This document shows positions 27,173 through 40,136 of a stretch of 64,000 bases of DNA, piece after piece (the stretch's first letter is position 1; each line of letters opens with the position of its first letter). Where the stretch lies: positions 84,320,001 to 84,384,000 of the forward strand of contig OX597821.1 of assembly GCA_951406725.2 (NCBI GenBank), read 5' to 3'. The notes under the pieces were generated by a model. The model saw nothing but the letters and a program-made list of their open reading frames with translations. It had not been told where the DNA came from and ran no database searches. This stretch comes from Octopus vulgaris. Its lineage: Eukaryota. Both the position numbers and the translations under genes were made by a program.

Positions 27173-27482
27173 TCTGCACTCAATGAACCTGGACCACTAA
27201 TAAAGTCCACACATTCCTGACACAAAAATAAAACACAAAGTACAAAAGAGAATTGGAAATAATTGCACCCACTGGCGACAGCTGGGGGTAGATAGGCCAG
27301 CCTAGCAGGTTCTCTGGGTGGGTGGGGACGGCAGAGTAAAAACAAACAAACGAGAAGAAAAAGAAAAGACAAGTCTCCACCCTCAACCACCCATCATCAT
27401 TACCAACAACAACAACAACAAAATCCAACCTTTATCATGTATTGATGGAACATATTGAAACAGACCCAGGCAATATATATGT

Positions 27483-27514
<32 letters not shown>

Positions 27515-30500
27515 GTACGTATATGGATTGTATGGAAATATGAACTTGTTCTGAGAGAAGTCAGGGTCAACGAGTGGACAGGTAGCAGGAAAGTGCACTT
27601 AATTATTGACCTACACCTACACGATCACACACACACACACACACACACACACAGGCACACGAATGCAGTACACATGCACGCACACAGGCATGTATGAAGG
27701 CAACCAGCTAAGGAAGTTCAATGAAATATATTTTATGATTGTGATCAGGTGTTTGTTTGCTTGTTTGGTTAATGAAAACTGAACCTAATGTCTTCCTGAA
27801 ACTTGGTCAAAGTACCACGTAGCACCACCAAGACCAACCAAGCACCACCAACACCACCACCACCACCACCACATGACATGACACCACCGATGACAACAGT
27901 GCCATAAAGCTAATAAGGAAGCCTCTTGAAGTGGTCAGCTGATCTGCTGAAAATATCAGCCAAATCTACCATGAGTTACACTCAACCATCTCGAAAATAA
28001 AAGGACACTGATAATACTTGAGCAACAGATGGGATGGTTATGGCTGGAATGCCTTTCATCATAGGTCAGTTTAATCTATTAGGACTGACCCGGGGCTAAA
28101 CAACACCAGCAACATGACTAGTATCATTACAAAACTACCATCAACATTACCTCATATATTCATTCATTTTTAAGTTTGTATGGGGAAGCTTGAGGGAGAC
28201 TTGGCTGTGTTCTCTAGCACAGGTATTAAGGCAATGTGCTGCCACAGTCATTAGCACGATAGACAAAATGTGCAGCGGTATTTTGTCCTTACATTCTGAG
28301 TTCAAATTCCAAGGTCAACTTCGCCTTTCATCCTTTCAAGGTTAATGAAATAAGTACCGGCTGAGTACAGGGATCAAGGCAATCAACCAACTCCTTCCCC
28401 TAAAATTTCAGACCCTGTGCTTTTAAAAGAAAGGATTATCTAGCACAGGTGAGGGCAACATTTTTCAAGAAGCAGGCCACAAGACATCGCTCATCATCAG
28501 ACAGGCTGCACTACTAAAATCATTCCAAGAAATCTTTTATTGGTTGTGCCACTCAGAAAAGTCTTTTGAGCTGCAATTTGCCCATGACTAACTTAGATGG
28601 TCATATATTAACATAAAATTCTCCTTGTTGGTGTTACCCACTTCAACACAAAATACCCAGTACCCCAAGAAAGTATAAAACATTGGTTAACTACCTCTTA
28701 GGTCGCCAAGCCTATGTAGTATACAACACTTAGAGTTTGAATCATTCCAGACTGACCCATAGAGACCCAACCTCTTTTTTTACTGTAGACCAATTTCATG
28801 AGAGACAACTTTTCCTACAGACCAAGTTATGTGCATGACAAAACAATAAAGTACATGATATATAAATTATTACATATATATGTATATAGATATGTATGAC
28901 ATATATAAAACATATAGAATGCAGAAACACCCTGCAGACTGTGATAGTAAAATGAAATAAAATTTAGAAATTTATCCTTTCTGCATGACCTGGTATTAAA
29001 TGGTTCACAGCCCAAATATTGAGTATCCCCGCTCAGACACTCATTTTAAGCTCTGCCACATCTCAGATGCAGATGACATTGCCCTTACTGCCCACTATTC
29101 ACCAAATTCAGCTGCTCTTAGCTTTAATGCACTGAGCTTTAAAACAAAGAGTAATACCCACTAAATCCACTGCACGACTTATCAGTAGCATCAATTACAC
29201 ATTCAATTATTTAGTCAGCACATTCAAAAAACAATGAAATCAAATTCGATAACTGGCATCCGTGCCAGTGGAGCGCTAAGAGCACCATCTGAGCATGATT
29301 GTTGCCAGAGCAGCTAACTGGCTTCCGTACCGGTGGCACGTAAAAAGCACCATTGCCTTACTGGCACATGAAAAAAACATTCGAGCGAGGTCGTTGCCAG
29401 TGCACAGCTGGACTGGCTCCTGTGCAGGTGGCACATAAAAAACACCATTTGAGCATGGCCATTGCCAGTACCGCCTGACTGTCCCTTGTGCTGGTGGCAT
29501 GTAAAAGCACCCACTACTCTCTCGGAGTGGTTGGCGTTAGGAAGGGCATCCAGCTGTAGAAACTCCGCCAGATCAGATTGGAGCCTGGTGCAGCCATCTG
29601 GTTTGCCATTCCTCAGTCAAATTGTCCAACCCATGCTAGCATGGAAAGTGGACGTTAAACGATGATGATGAACAGATTCACACAAGGCAAAATACTAAAA
29701 ATTACACCACAACAACATTCACAGCACATATAAAAGATATAATGAAAAAATGGTGCACATCCATAATTAGAGGATACACAAACAATACAATTGATCACTG
29801 CATGAAAACAATGTCTTTCAAGCATAATCAATACAACAGATCAACAACAGATTGCTTTCTGGATTCAATCTCAGATTTTCTGAATCTTTGTTTGAAAAAT
29901 CTTACCAAATTTGGTAATGTTTGCCAACAGCTAGTGACACAACATCCATGCAGAAGATCAACCCACCTGCAGGCATATATTGCGGACAATCACATTTGAA
30001 GGTGGACACAAGTGATGTCCAAGTGAAAATTACCAATAGAACTTTCTAAAGGATTTTTTAAATTTTATATGAGGTTTTATAAACCCTGGATTTCAAATTT
30101 GATTAGAGTCCATTTTAGTTGCAGCTGGACACAATGTTATATAAGACAATCTCTCAACTCTGAAATATTTTTCACTTTTATAGAAACGTACATCTTCTAA
30201 CATATCACTTAAAAAGATAGCATTAAAGAAGCCATCTCGATTGCTTTCTTTCTGACAGAGATGGCTGCCTTTGAACATGCTGTCACACAAACCGCATTGA
30301 ACAAGATCTCAAATTATTTTTCTCTCATCTTCAACTCAAACAAACAAAACATTCCTATGCTGCCATCATTATAATCTTCCCTATGTGACTACAGCTACAT
30401 GACTTCATAAAATACAGCCATTTACCTATCTCTCTCTCTCTCACACAAATTTTAAAAAAGAACATTCAATCTTTTGCTATGTAAATCTATTGAATTACAT

Positions 30501-33500
30501 TCAGTAATCACTTTTTGATAGAACAAATGGAAAGAATTGTTGAATTATATATAACAACTATTTCTCATTCTTCTTTATCCTCCTCACTGCATTAAAAAGC
30601 TTTAACTTTTCAGATCCATCATGGATTATGCTAGTTCTGTCTCTGCTCTTAATCCCTCCTCAACAAATCCTATTCTATAAAAGATACAAACCAGAATACT
30701 TCACAGGATTCATACAGACCACACCCAAAGACTACTTGCTCAATGAAACAAAAATGAAAGACTATCTGAACACTGTGAGATGTACAGATTCTGGCTGTAA
30801 CAAACTCCTGCTCTCACAGTCCTGCCATTAAATGCAGGACCAATTCTGAAGAAAGATACATACACAATGCCTCAGGAGAGCTTCTTAAAAACATTATCTT
30901 TCACACTCAGTCAGCCGACCAAAGCCTTGTAAATGAATTCGGTAGGTGGAAATTGTATGGAAGCTTGTCATGCATGTGTGTGTGTGTGTGTACACACAGA
31001 CGCAGATGTGTGGTAAGAAGCTTGAAGGTTCCGGGCTCAGTCCCACAGCATGGCACCTTGGGCAAGTGTCTTCCATTATAGCTTTGGGTTAACCAAAGCC
31101 TTGTAAGTGGATTTGGTAGACAGAAATTGAAAGAAACCCACTGTATATATATGTGTGTGTGCGTGTGTGTGTGTATCTATGTGCATGTGACTGTGTCTGT
31201 TTTGTCCCCCTTCACTGCTTGACAACCGGTGTTGGTGTGTTTACATCCTCGTAACTTAGCAGAAGCAAGAGACCAATGGAATAAGAACTAGACCTAAGAA
31301 ATAAGTCTTGGAGTTGATTTGTTTGATAAAAAAGAAACCCTCCAAGATGGTGCTCCAGCATGGCCGCAATCAAATGACTGAAACAAGTAAAAAATAGGTG
31401 AGTATGTTTGTGCTTGTGTGTATGAGCGACAACCAGTGTTGGTTTGTTTATGTCCCCATAACTTTAATAGTTCAGCAAAAGAAACTGATAGATTAAATAA
31501 ATAACTCATAGAAGAACTGATAGAATAAGTACTTAAAAATAAGTACAGGGGTCAATGTGTTCAAGTACAAAATCTAAAGCAGTGTCCCCAGCACAAATGT
31601 AGTCTAATGACTAAAGTAAGTAAAACAAAAAAAAAAAACATAACAGCAATTGTATCATTGACTCCAAACAACTGCTCAGAAAAAAACAAAAAAACAATAA
31701 TTAACAGTGAAAAGCAACAGCTGTCATGACTACACTGAGTTCAACTTGGCAGCCTCCTTTGTGGACACAGAGAAATTCTATAACCATATATACAAGCACA
31801 AGGATAGCTGTGTGGTTAGGAAGTGTGCTTCCCAAAGGACTTTGTTCCAGGTTCAATCCTACTGTGTAGCCCCTTGAGCAAACGTCTCCTACTATGGCCC
31901 CAGAGCAACTAAAGCCTAGTAGGTTCGGTAGACAGAAAGAAAAAGACCATCATCTGTACATATGTTTGTGTGTGAGTGAGCGTGTGTGCATGTGTGCGCA
32001 CGTATGTGTATGTGTGTGCATGCGTATGTGTGTATGCGCGTGTGTGAGCTTGTGCATGTATGCATGTTTGTGTGTGTGTGTGTGTGTGTGTGTGCCCTTG
32101 TCATCACATCACGTGATAGTTGTAAATGAGCATCACTGTCGTACAAGAGGCGTTTGTTTCCAACCTTCTGTGAAAAATGTGTCTGGTCGTAGAAAGCATT
32201 ATCTGCCTGGAAACAAGTGAAGATTCAGTACAGAAACGGCATCCAGCCATAGAAAATTTGTCTCAACCAAATTCCATCTGACCTATGCAAGCATGAAAGA
32301 GTGGAGGATGATGATGATGCAAAAACATCCTGGATGGTAGTGAAAGTACAAGTCCAAACTCAACGCTGTACCTCATATGATTAACCACTACTAGTCAGAG
32401 GTATGGTATATCCAGTGCTTCGGATTTATAGATCACACACAATCATCCAGCAGACTACTTAGGTACCTCAGATAGATCTGCTTGAGCAAGCCTGACCAAG
32501 GGCTACATAAAAACCTTTACGAGGCACATAAAAAGTACCATTCGAATGTGGTCATTGCCAATGCCGCCTGACTGGCTCCCATGCCAGTGGCATGTAAAAA
32601 GCACCATTCGAGCATGGTCAATGTCAGTACCACCTGACTGGCCCTTGTGCTGGTGGCACGTAAAAAGCAGCCACTACACTCTCAGAGTGGTTGGCATTAG
32701 GAAGGGCATCCAGCAGTAGAAACTTTGCTAAATCAGATTGGTGCCTGGTGCAGCCTTCTAGCTTGCCAGTCCTCAGTCAAACAGTCCAACCCATGCCAGC
32801 ATGGAAAGCGGACATTAAACAACGATGATGATGGTGATTTTTCATGGAATAAGATATGCCTTGAAGATGATTTAGCTGTTATTTCTAGCTTGTTAAATGA
32901 CTGATAAAAGCTCCCTCGACTTGTACAAACAATCAAAACACAACCCACAAAAGCAGGAACTCGTCAAATAAAAAAAAATTTTTTAAATCAACATGAAGAA
33001 ACTAAACAAGGAAACAAAACAAATAAAAGGAAACCCAGACAACTGGCCAACATTCCAATATCACCACAGAACAAACAGTGAAATACCACATCACAAGTTG
33101 CAGTAATAACTTTAAACAACCTAATGACACACAAGCAACTCCCTTATCAAACAGTTTTCCAACATCGGTCACTGAAAAACACCACCCCAACACGAACACA
33201 AAATAAGTGATATACATCTTTCACTCGACCTATTCCTCCCGTCTAACAGACTAGTAAAAATATGAAAATACGAATATTGGAAAACCCCAGGAACTGACAA
33301 AATCATAAACATTCACTGGAAACAGTTTCAAGGAATTGTTAAACTGAAGAACACTTTCAACTATTCACATCGCAAACAACGAAGCATGTATGTGGTCACT
33401 TATCCTATTAGAAATAGTCAAATCTCTCACAAATCTTAAAGGGGATAGATATATTACTCACTAGTTATTTATTGAAGTCATTCGTTTCTTAGGGAGTATA

Positions 33501-34553
33501 GGGCAATCAAAGACTTTTCTGCCACTGTTCTCAATTGAGGGCTGCCTTTTCTCCCAGGTTTTGTTGGTTTTCAATTGTCATTGATGCTTCAATAACTTTG
33601 CATTTTTCTAAATAGGGTTGTTGGGCCCCAGAGTGGGTGCAATGTTGGTCTTAAGGGTCATTGAGGTAAACAAACCACCACACTGCAACAAGAACTGAAC
33701 CCTGTGTGTGGTGGCTATCACTTGCTGCCAGAGGTAAATTTTCTGATCAAGTCCACCATGCACACCTCTACCATGACTACCACCAAAATATATATGGACA
33801 GACTGGTCATTAGAGAATCATCATCATCATCATCGTTTAGCGTCCGTTTTCCATGCTAGCATGGGTTGGACGGTTCAACTGGGATCTGTGAAGCCGGAAG
33901 GCTTCATCAGGCCTAGTCAGATCTGGCAGTGTTTCTACGGCTGGATGCCCTTCCTAACGCCAACCACTCCGTGAGTGTAGTGGGTGCTTTTTACGTGCCA
34001 CCCGCACAGGTGCCAGACAGAGCTGGCAAACGGCCACGAACGGATGGTGCTTTTTATGTGCCACCGGCACGGGGGCCAGGCGAGGCTGGCAACGGACATG
34101 CAATGAAAACAGATTCCTACATTGCATATTGGGTGTGCAATATGGTCCACAAAAGGTAGAGCCATATTATACATAAGATTTTAGTTCTGTGGAACCAACC
34201 CCGTCATCCATGCTGTGGATCTATTCAATCATAGAGATCAAGATTACATCATCACCAGTAATAACCATGACACCATCAGTGGTTGTCATTGCAGTTCCAT
34301 ACATCAGACTTGGACCCTTTCGTTTCCGTATTCCTACACAGCTTTCATTCCTATTACTCTTTTACTTGTTTCAGTCAGTTGACTGTGGCCATGCTGGAGC
34401 ACTGCTTTTAGTCGAGCAAATCAACCCCAGGACTTATTCTTTGTAAGCCTAGTACTTATTCTATTGGTCTCTTTTTGCTGAACCGCTAGATCACGGGGAC
34501 GTACACACACCATTGGTTGTCAAGCGATGTTTGGGGGACAAAGAGACACACAA

Positions 34554-34598
<45 letters not shown>

Positions 34599-35467
34599 CG
34601 ACAGGCTTCTTTCAGTTTTCGAGGCTATAGTAGAAGACACTAGCCCGAGGTGCCACGCAGTGGGACTGAACCTGGAACCATGGGGTCCGGAAGCAAGCTA
34701 CTTACCACACAGCCACTCCTACACCTAAAAATTACTGTTAAAAATAACGACAAATTTAGTAAAATAACTGTCGTCATTAAGCTGATATTTGAGACATAAA
34801 TTAACGAGAAATTTTGATGAAAGTTTTTGATTTCGATCACTTTAAAATGGGGGGGGAGTTCTGACTTCGAGCCAGAGACAGTCTGAAGCAGGTTAGTATG
34901 AGAAGAGTTAAACAGCTCCTGGCTGTGTTCAAAATGAAAAGGGGGGGGGTCAGTCTGTGTGAAGTATACCACAGCTATGAGGTAGGCTAGACACTGTTAA
35001 ACTGTAAAACGCACAAGCACTAAAAGCTCAAAAAAAAAAAGGTTCAGGCCGGTTGTCCCAGTGTACTCCTGCTCGGGTTAACAACAACTGACATTTAGTC
35101 GTAACATGTTAAGCAAAGAAATTACAGAGAACAACGAAGAAGACGGAAAACAAACAATTTAAAGAAGTCAATAAAACAACAAATGCCAAACATTTTGTTG
35201 TTGCTGTTGTTGTTGTTGTTTCTCTTGTTTTTTCTCTTTCTCTCTCTCTAATTATTGATAGTGTAAAACTATTTTCAATAAAATACTTGCAGAGAAAAGC
35301 CAGCGAACACCATGCTAAATTATAGTGCTCGGTCATTTAGCCTCACAAACAAACTGATTATGTCTGTGTTATATTCAATAACAGCTGTCTTGGTAATGTG
35401 GTTTAGGCTTTGTATGGGATTGTTCAGTTTATTGGCTTCAGTATCTTGTTTTGGTTTTTGTCTTTTA

Positions 35468-35730
<263 letters not shown>

Positions 35731-36333
35731 GTGTACATATACATATATGAACGTACATATGTAGAAAGAGAAAGATAGGTGTGTGTATGTACATGTGTGT
35801 GTATGTATGTATGTATGTATAGTCCTTTTATAAGTGGTTTTGTGGAAATAAAAACAACAGAACAAATGCTATTTATTTATACAATTCTTGGACCAAAATA
35901 TCCTTGTCATTACAGAGTTAAATGTCCCTGTCACCAGGCTGGCACAAGTTTAGCATAGGAAAGGGATAGGACAAGGAATGACGGTGTGGCACGGAAAGGA
36001 AGTTCACTTTACAGTTAAAATGTATACAGGATATGACAAAAATATGTACAACACTGTAGAGTTAAAATCATCATCATCATTTTTAATGTTCATTTTTCCA
36101 TGCTTGCATATCAGATAGAGTTTATTGAAGCAGATATTCTACAGCTCAATGCCTCCCTTGACATCAGCCCTTACCAGTTTCCAAGCAAGGTAATATCCCC
36201 CACACCCATGGTCAGACATGTTTTCACAGAATATTAGAAATGAATGACACTGCTTGTGTGGTGGTGATGCTCATTTACCACTGATAAATGATATAAAGAC
36301 AAGGAGACACAAACGTGTGTGTGTGTGTGTGTA

Positions 36334-36732
36334 TACTCTTACTCTTTACTCTTTTACTTGTTTCAGTCATTTGACTGCGGCCATGCTGGAGCACCGCCTT
36401 TAGTCGAGCAAATCGACCCCAGGACTTATTCTTTTGTAAGCCCAGTACTTATTCTATCAGTCTCTTTTGCCGAACCGCTAAGTGACGGGGACGTAAACAC
36501 ACCACCATCGGTTGTCAAGCAATGCTAGGGGAACAAACACAGACACACATATATATACATATACATATATACGACAGGCTTCTTTCAGTTTCCGTCTACC
36601 AAATCCACTCACAAGGCATTGGTCGGCCCAGGGCTATAGCAGAAGACACTTGCCCAAGATGCCACGCAGTGGGACTGAACCCGGAACCATGTGGTTGGTT
36701 AGCAAGCTACTTACCACACAGCCACTCCTGCG

Positions 36733-36735
<3 letters not shown>
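36334..36735 (-). mobile_element. Full-length family-1 SINE (subfamily b)
   Basis: Diagnostics caaggcattggtcgg, cccaagatgccac, ggttagcaagc shared with copies at 7080 and 47463. Confidence 0.9.
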
Positions 36736-36801
<66 letters not shown>

Positions 36802-37116
36802 TCATCATCATCATTGTTTAAAGTCAGATTTCCCTGCTGGCATGGGTTGGATGGTTTGATATGGAATTGGCTAGCAGGGAGCTGTCCAGACTCCAATTGT
36901 CTGTTGTGGCATGGTTTCTCTGGCTGGATGCCCTTCCTAATGCCAACCACTTAGAGTGTACTGGATACTTTTTACATGCCACCAACACACACACACACAT
37001 ACATATGTGCACACACACACACACACAGGATGAGCTTCTTTCAGTTTCCAATCTACAAAATCCACTCACAAAACTTTGGTTGGCCCAGTGTCATAGTAGA
37101 AGGCACTCGTCCAAGG

Positions 37117-37352
37117 TCATCATCATCATTGTTCGACCGTGGTCGAGACAATGGAATTTACCATGCTACGCCAGACTTCATGGTCCATCATAGCATTACG
37201 GAGGTCCTGTTGCTGGATGCCTGTATCCCTGGAGATTACATCAGGGTAGGAGAGTGTGCACCCTCTGGTATTGCGAGTAGATGGCTTCCAGAGGAGAAGA
37301 GAAGAAATTGCCTCGTTTTCAGCTCTACAACAATGTCCAGCAAACTGGACCT
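37117..37352 (-). mobile_element. 5'-truncated RTE-clade LINE 3' end inserted in a SINE
   Basis: Minus frame VQFAGHCCRAENEAISSLLLWKPSTRNTRGCTLSYPDVISRDTGIQQQDLRNAMMDHEVWRSMVNSIVSTTVEQ* followed by (TGA)n tail. Confidence 0.75.
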
Positions 37353-38519
37353 TTCACAAGAGATGACACAGGTACCACCACACAGTAAGACCGAACCTAG
37401 AGGAGCAAACTTCTTAACCACACAACCAAACAACTACACAATTAAAACACTAACAAACATCACAATTTTCTTTTTTGTTTAGTACATTTTGCTTTTTAAC
37501 ATAGATTCACATTCAATTTTTCTAACAAACATATTTTGGACACCACTTCAAGTTTACATATTACAATATCTTTTTTTGCAGTTGAACATCCTTCATAATA
37601 ATAATTCCTCACTGTCAAAAATCTTTCTGAAAAGTTTCTGTATTTCGAGTATTATATATTTAATGGTAAAATATTTTACCACTCGGCAGCCAACTGGAAT
37701 TAAAATAGTCAGCTTGTCTAGGATAAGTTCAATCGTATCTACTCTAGGCACAAGGGCCGAAATTTTGGGGAAGGTGGCCGGTCAACTAGATCGATCCCAG
37801 TGTGCAACTGGTACTTAATTTATTGCCCCCAAAAGGATGAAAGGCAAAGTCAACCTTGTCAGAATTTGAACTCAGAACGTAAAGACAGATGAAATACCAC
37901 TAAGCATTTCACCTAGTGTGCTAACATTTCTGTCAGCTTGCCGCCTTAGAATAAGTTCAATCTGCTTTTAAAATCTTTACTACTCTTACAAACCACTAAT
38001 CACATGCTAAACCAAAATGCTAATCCTCCCAATCCAATAAAGAAGCCACTTAATGGTTGTGCAGGCTGCTAGAACTAGCAGCCAAATGTCTCTCAAGTCA
38101 TACAAGGCCATCTTAAAAAAAAGTAGAGGAAAGATATACTGGATATTGTAAACCCTGATATACAAAAAGACAAGATAGGCAAGGTTAGAGCAGCTTTGAC
38201 CACAAGCCTTCTCTTTCAGTACTGACCTGTAGCTAAACAAAATGTCTACTGTCTACAAACAGGGTAACCGATATGCTGAGTCTCAGACCACATTGTTCCA
38301 GCTAGTATATTGTGCAGAGGATCCATCCATCCACCCATCTTCTCCGCCCACTATTACTAAGAGGTTGATGGGGTAGAGTCCTCAGGCACCTCCTCCATAA
38401 GGTCTTATCAGAAAGCAACTGTCAGACTTTAAAAATAATAATGAAATTATTGTATATGGTACTCAGGTGCACCACAACTTGTCAAAAGTGCGTATAAAGC
38501 ATAGACAGATACATGCTTC

Positions 38520-38935
38520 TGTGTGTATGGAGGGGGGGAGAAAATCAGGTGTAGCATTGGTGAATCTCAGGAAGCATGGAAGTTTTGAAGGATGCAGTGC
38601 TCCGACAACTAACAACCGATGCCAGCAGTTTGTTCCATACTTCAGCAACTCTTAGCACGAAAAAATGTTTCCGGAAGTCATGGGAGCTGTGCTGTTTCCT
38701 GACTTTGTAAACATGTCCACAGGTGTTAGATGGGTGGAGTTTGAAAAGGTACTCAGAGTTAGTGTTAGTAAGATGGTTAATAATTTTATGGGTGTCTGCC
38801 AAGTCAGCTGCCAGACGTCGGAGTTTCAATGTATCCATGCCCAGGGAAAAAAAGGCGTTCAGAATATGGCAAATGCCTGATGGAGGGGATTCTTATGGTT
38901 GCACGTCGCTAAACGGTTTCCAGCTTGATTCCCAA
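38520..38935 (-). mobile_element. CR1-clade LINE 3' remnant
   Basis: LETV*RRATIRIPSIRHLPYSER... then MDTLKLRRLAADL...TCGHVYKVRKQ...RKHFFVLRVAEVWNKL...ASFK, typical CR1 ORF2 C-terminus. Confidence 0.85.
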
Positions 38936-38999
38936 GTGCAACTAACTGAGACAATGGATATTATCTATCTAGTTCTTGACCTAGCTCTAGGTCTCCTGT

Positions 39000-39200
39000 C
39001 AGTTGGTTCAGCTTGAAGAATCTATCTTGTGATTCTTTCCTGTGATATTTTTATCACATGTCCATAGAACCAGAGTTGTGAACCATCAATGCTTGGAGAG
39101 AGTCTCTGATCTTTGAGCTATACACTACTACCAAGTACCATTACTCCAGAGATCCTTCAGAAGAATCCCATTTCAGCCACTTATATTCATGGTTATGTGC
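39000..39200 (-). mobile_element. Decayed RTE-like LINE fragment
   Basis: Broken frames VAEMGFF*RISGV... and QLWFYGHVIKISQERITR resemble AEM.FLRRI / LRWFGHV.RM motifs. Confidence 0.5.
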
Positions 39201-40058
39201 TTTTGATCATTACCCTATATTCATGCCCATAGGTGAGGACCAGCATGAAATATGCAGAACATATTACCCTACTTATTTGAAACTGTCAACATGAAAAAAA
39301 AGACAAAGTTACAACTTTACAGGTGACTGGTTGGCATTAGGAAGGAGCATCCAACTAGAAATATATTTCCGAGTCAACAATGACTGATTTAGCAGAAGCT
39401 AGAGAGATGATATGGACATGAAATTAATTTTTTTAAAATCCCAAACATTTCCAAAATAACAAATATTGTAAAACACATTCGTATTTCAGAGTCTCAATGT
39501 TTGGTCTAAATACTGCCAATGTGAAGTACCAGAGTCAATCCACAATATTTTTTCAACCGAAATATAAAAAGAAAATGTGTAAGCAGGCATGGCTGTTGTG
39601 GTTCAGAAGCTTGCTTTGCAACCATCCAAGCTTCAGGTTCAGTCCCACTATGAGGTACCTAAGACAAGTGCTTTCTATAATAGTCCTGGGCAAATCAATG
39701 CCTTGAGTGAATCTAATAGGCAGAAACTGTGTGGAAGCCCATGGTCTGTGTATGCATGTGTGTGTATCTTTGTTCTTCACTCACCCACCTCACTGCCACA
39801 TCTTGACCATTAGTGTTGGTTTGTTTACATCCATGTAATTCAGCAGTTCGGCAAAAAAGACCAATAGTACTGAGGTCAATTTATTACCCTAAATTCTTCA
39901 AGGCAGTGTCCCAGTATGTCCACAGTCCAATGATTGAAACAAGTGAAAGATAAAAAGATAGATATATATAAACTAAGTCCATGCCAAATATTTGCTAAAA
40001 CTTTCTTTCCTTAACTGAAGTCAATTCAAATAAGTTGAAACGTGTTAGCTGCACTTAC

Positions 40059-40136
40059 CTAAGCGGTTGGCTTTCAGACAGAGGAACTCCAAGCTTTTGT
40101 GGTTCCTGAGCGCAGAGATGAAACTATCACTCAGAA
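40059..40136 (-). CDS. LRRC41: LRRC41-like exon F (78 nt, phase 1-1); absent from ORF track
   Basis: ttgttttttag| acceptor, G|gtaagt donor; VLSDSFISALRNHKSLEFLCLKANRL (LxxLxLxxNxL). Confidence 0.88.

Noticed and set aside
29906-29967. Extra exon in the F-G intron (cctgcag|...|gtaag)
   Set aside because: Length not a multiple of three so it would shift the frame before exon G; weak pyrimidine tract; no LRR similarity.
34978-34990. let-7-like tgaggtag (and bantam-like tgagatca at 22221)
   Set aside because: Seed-length match only; no mature-sequence match or precursor hairpin.
36976-37482. 168-aa plus-strand ORF
   Set aside because: Antisense frame across SINE and RTE remnant; coding sense is the minus-strand RTE tail.
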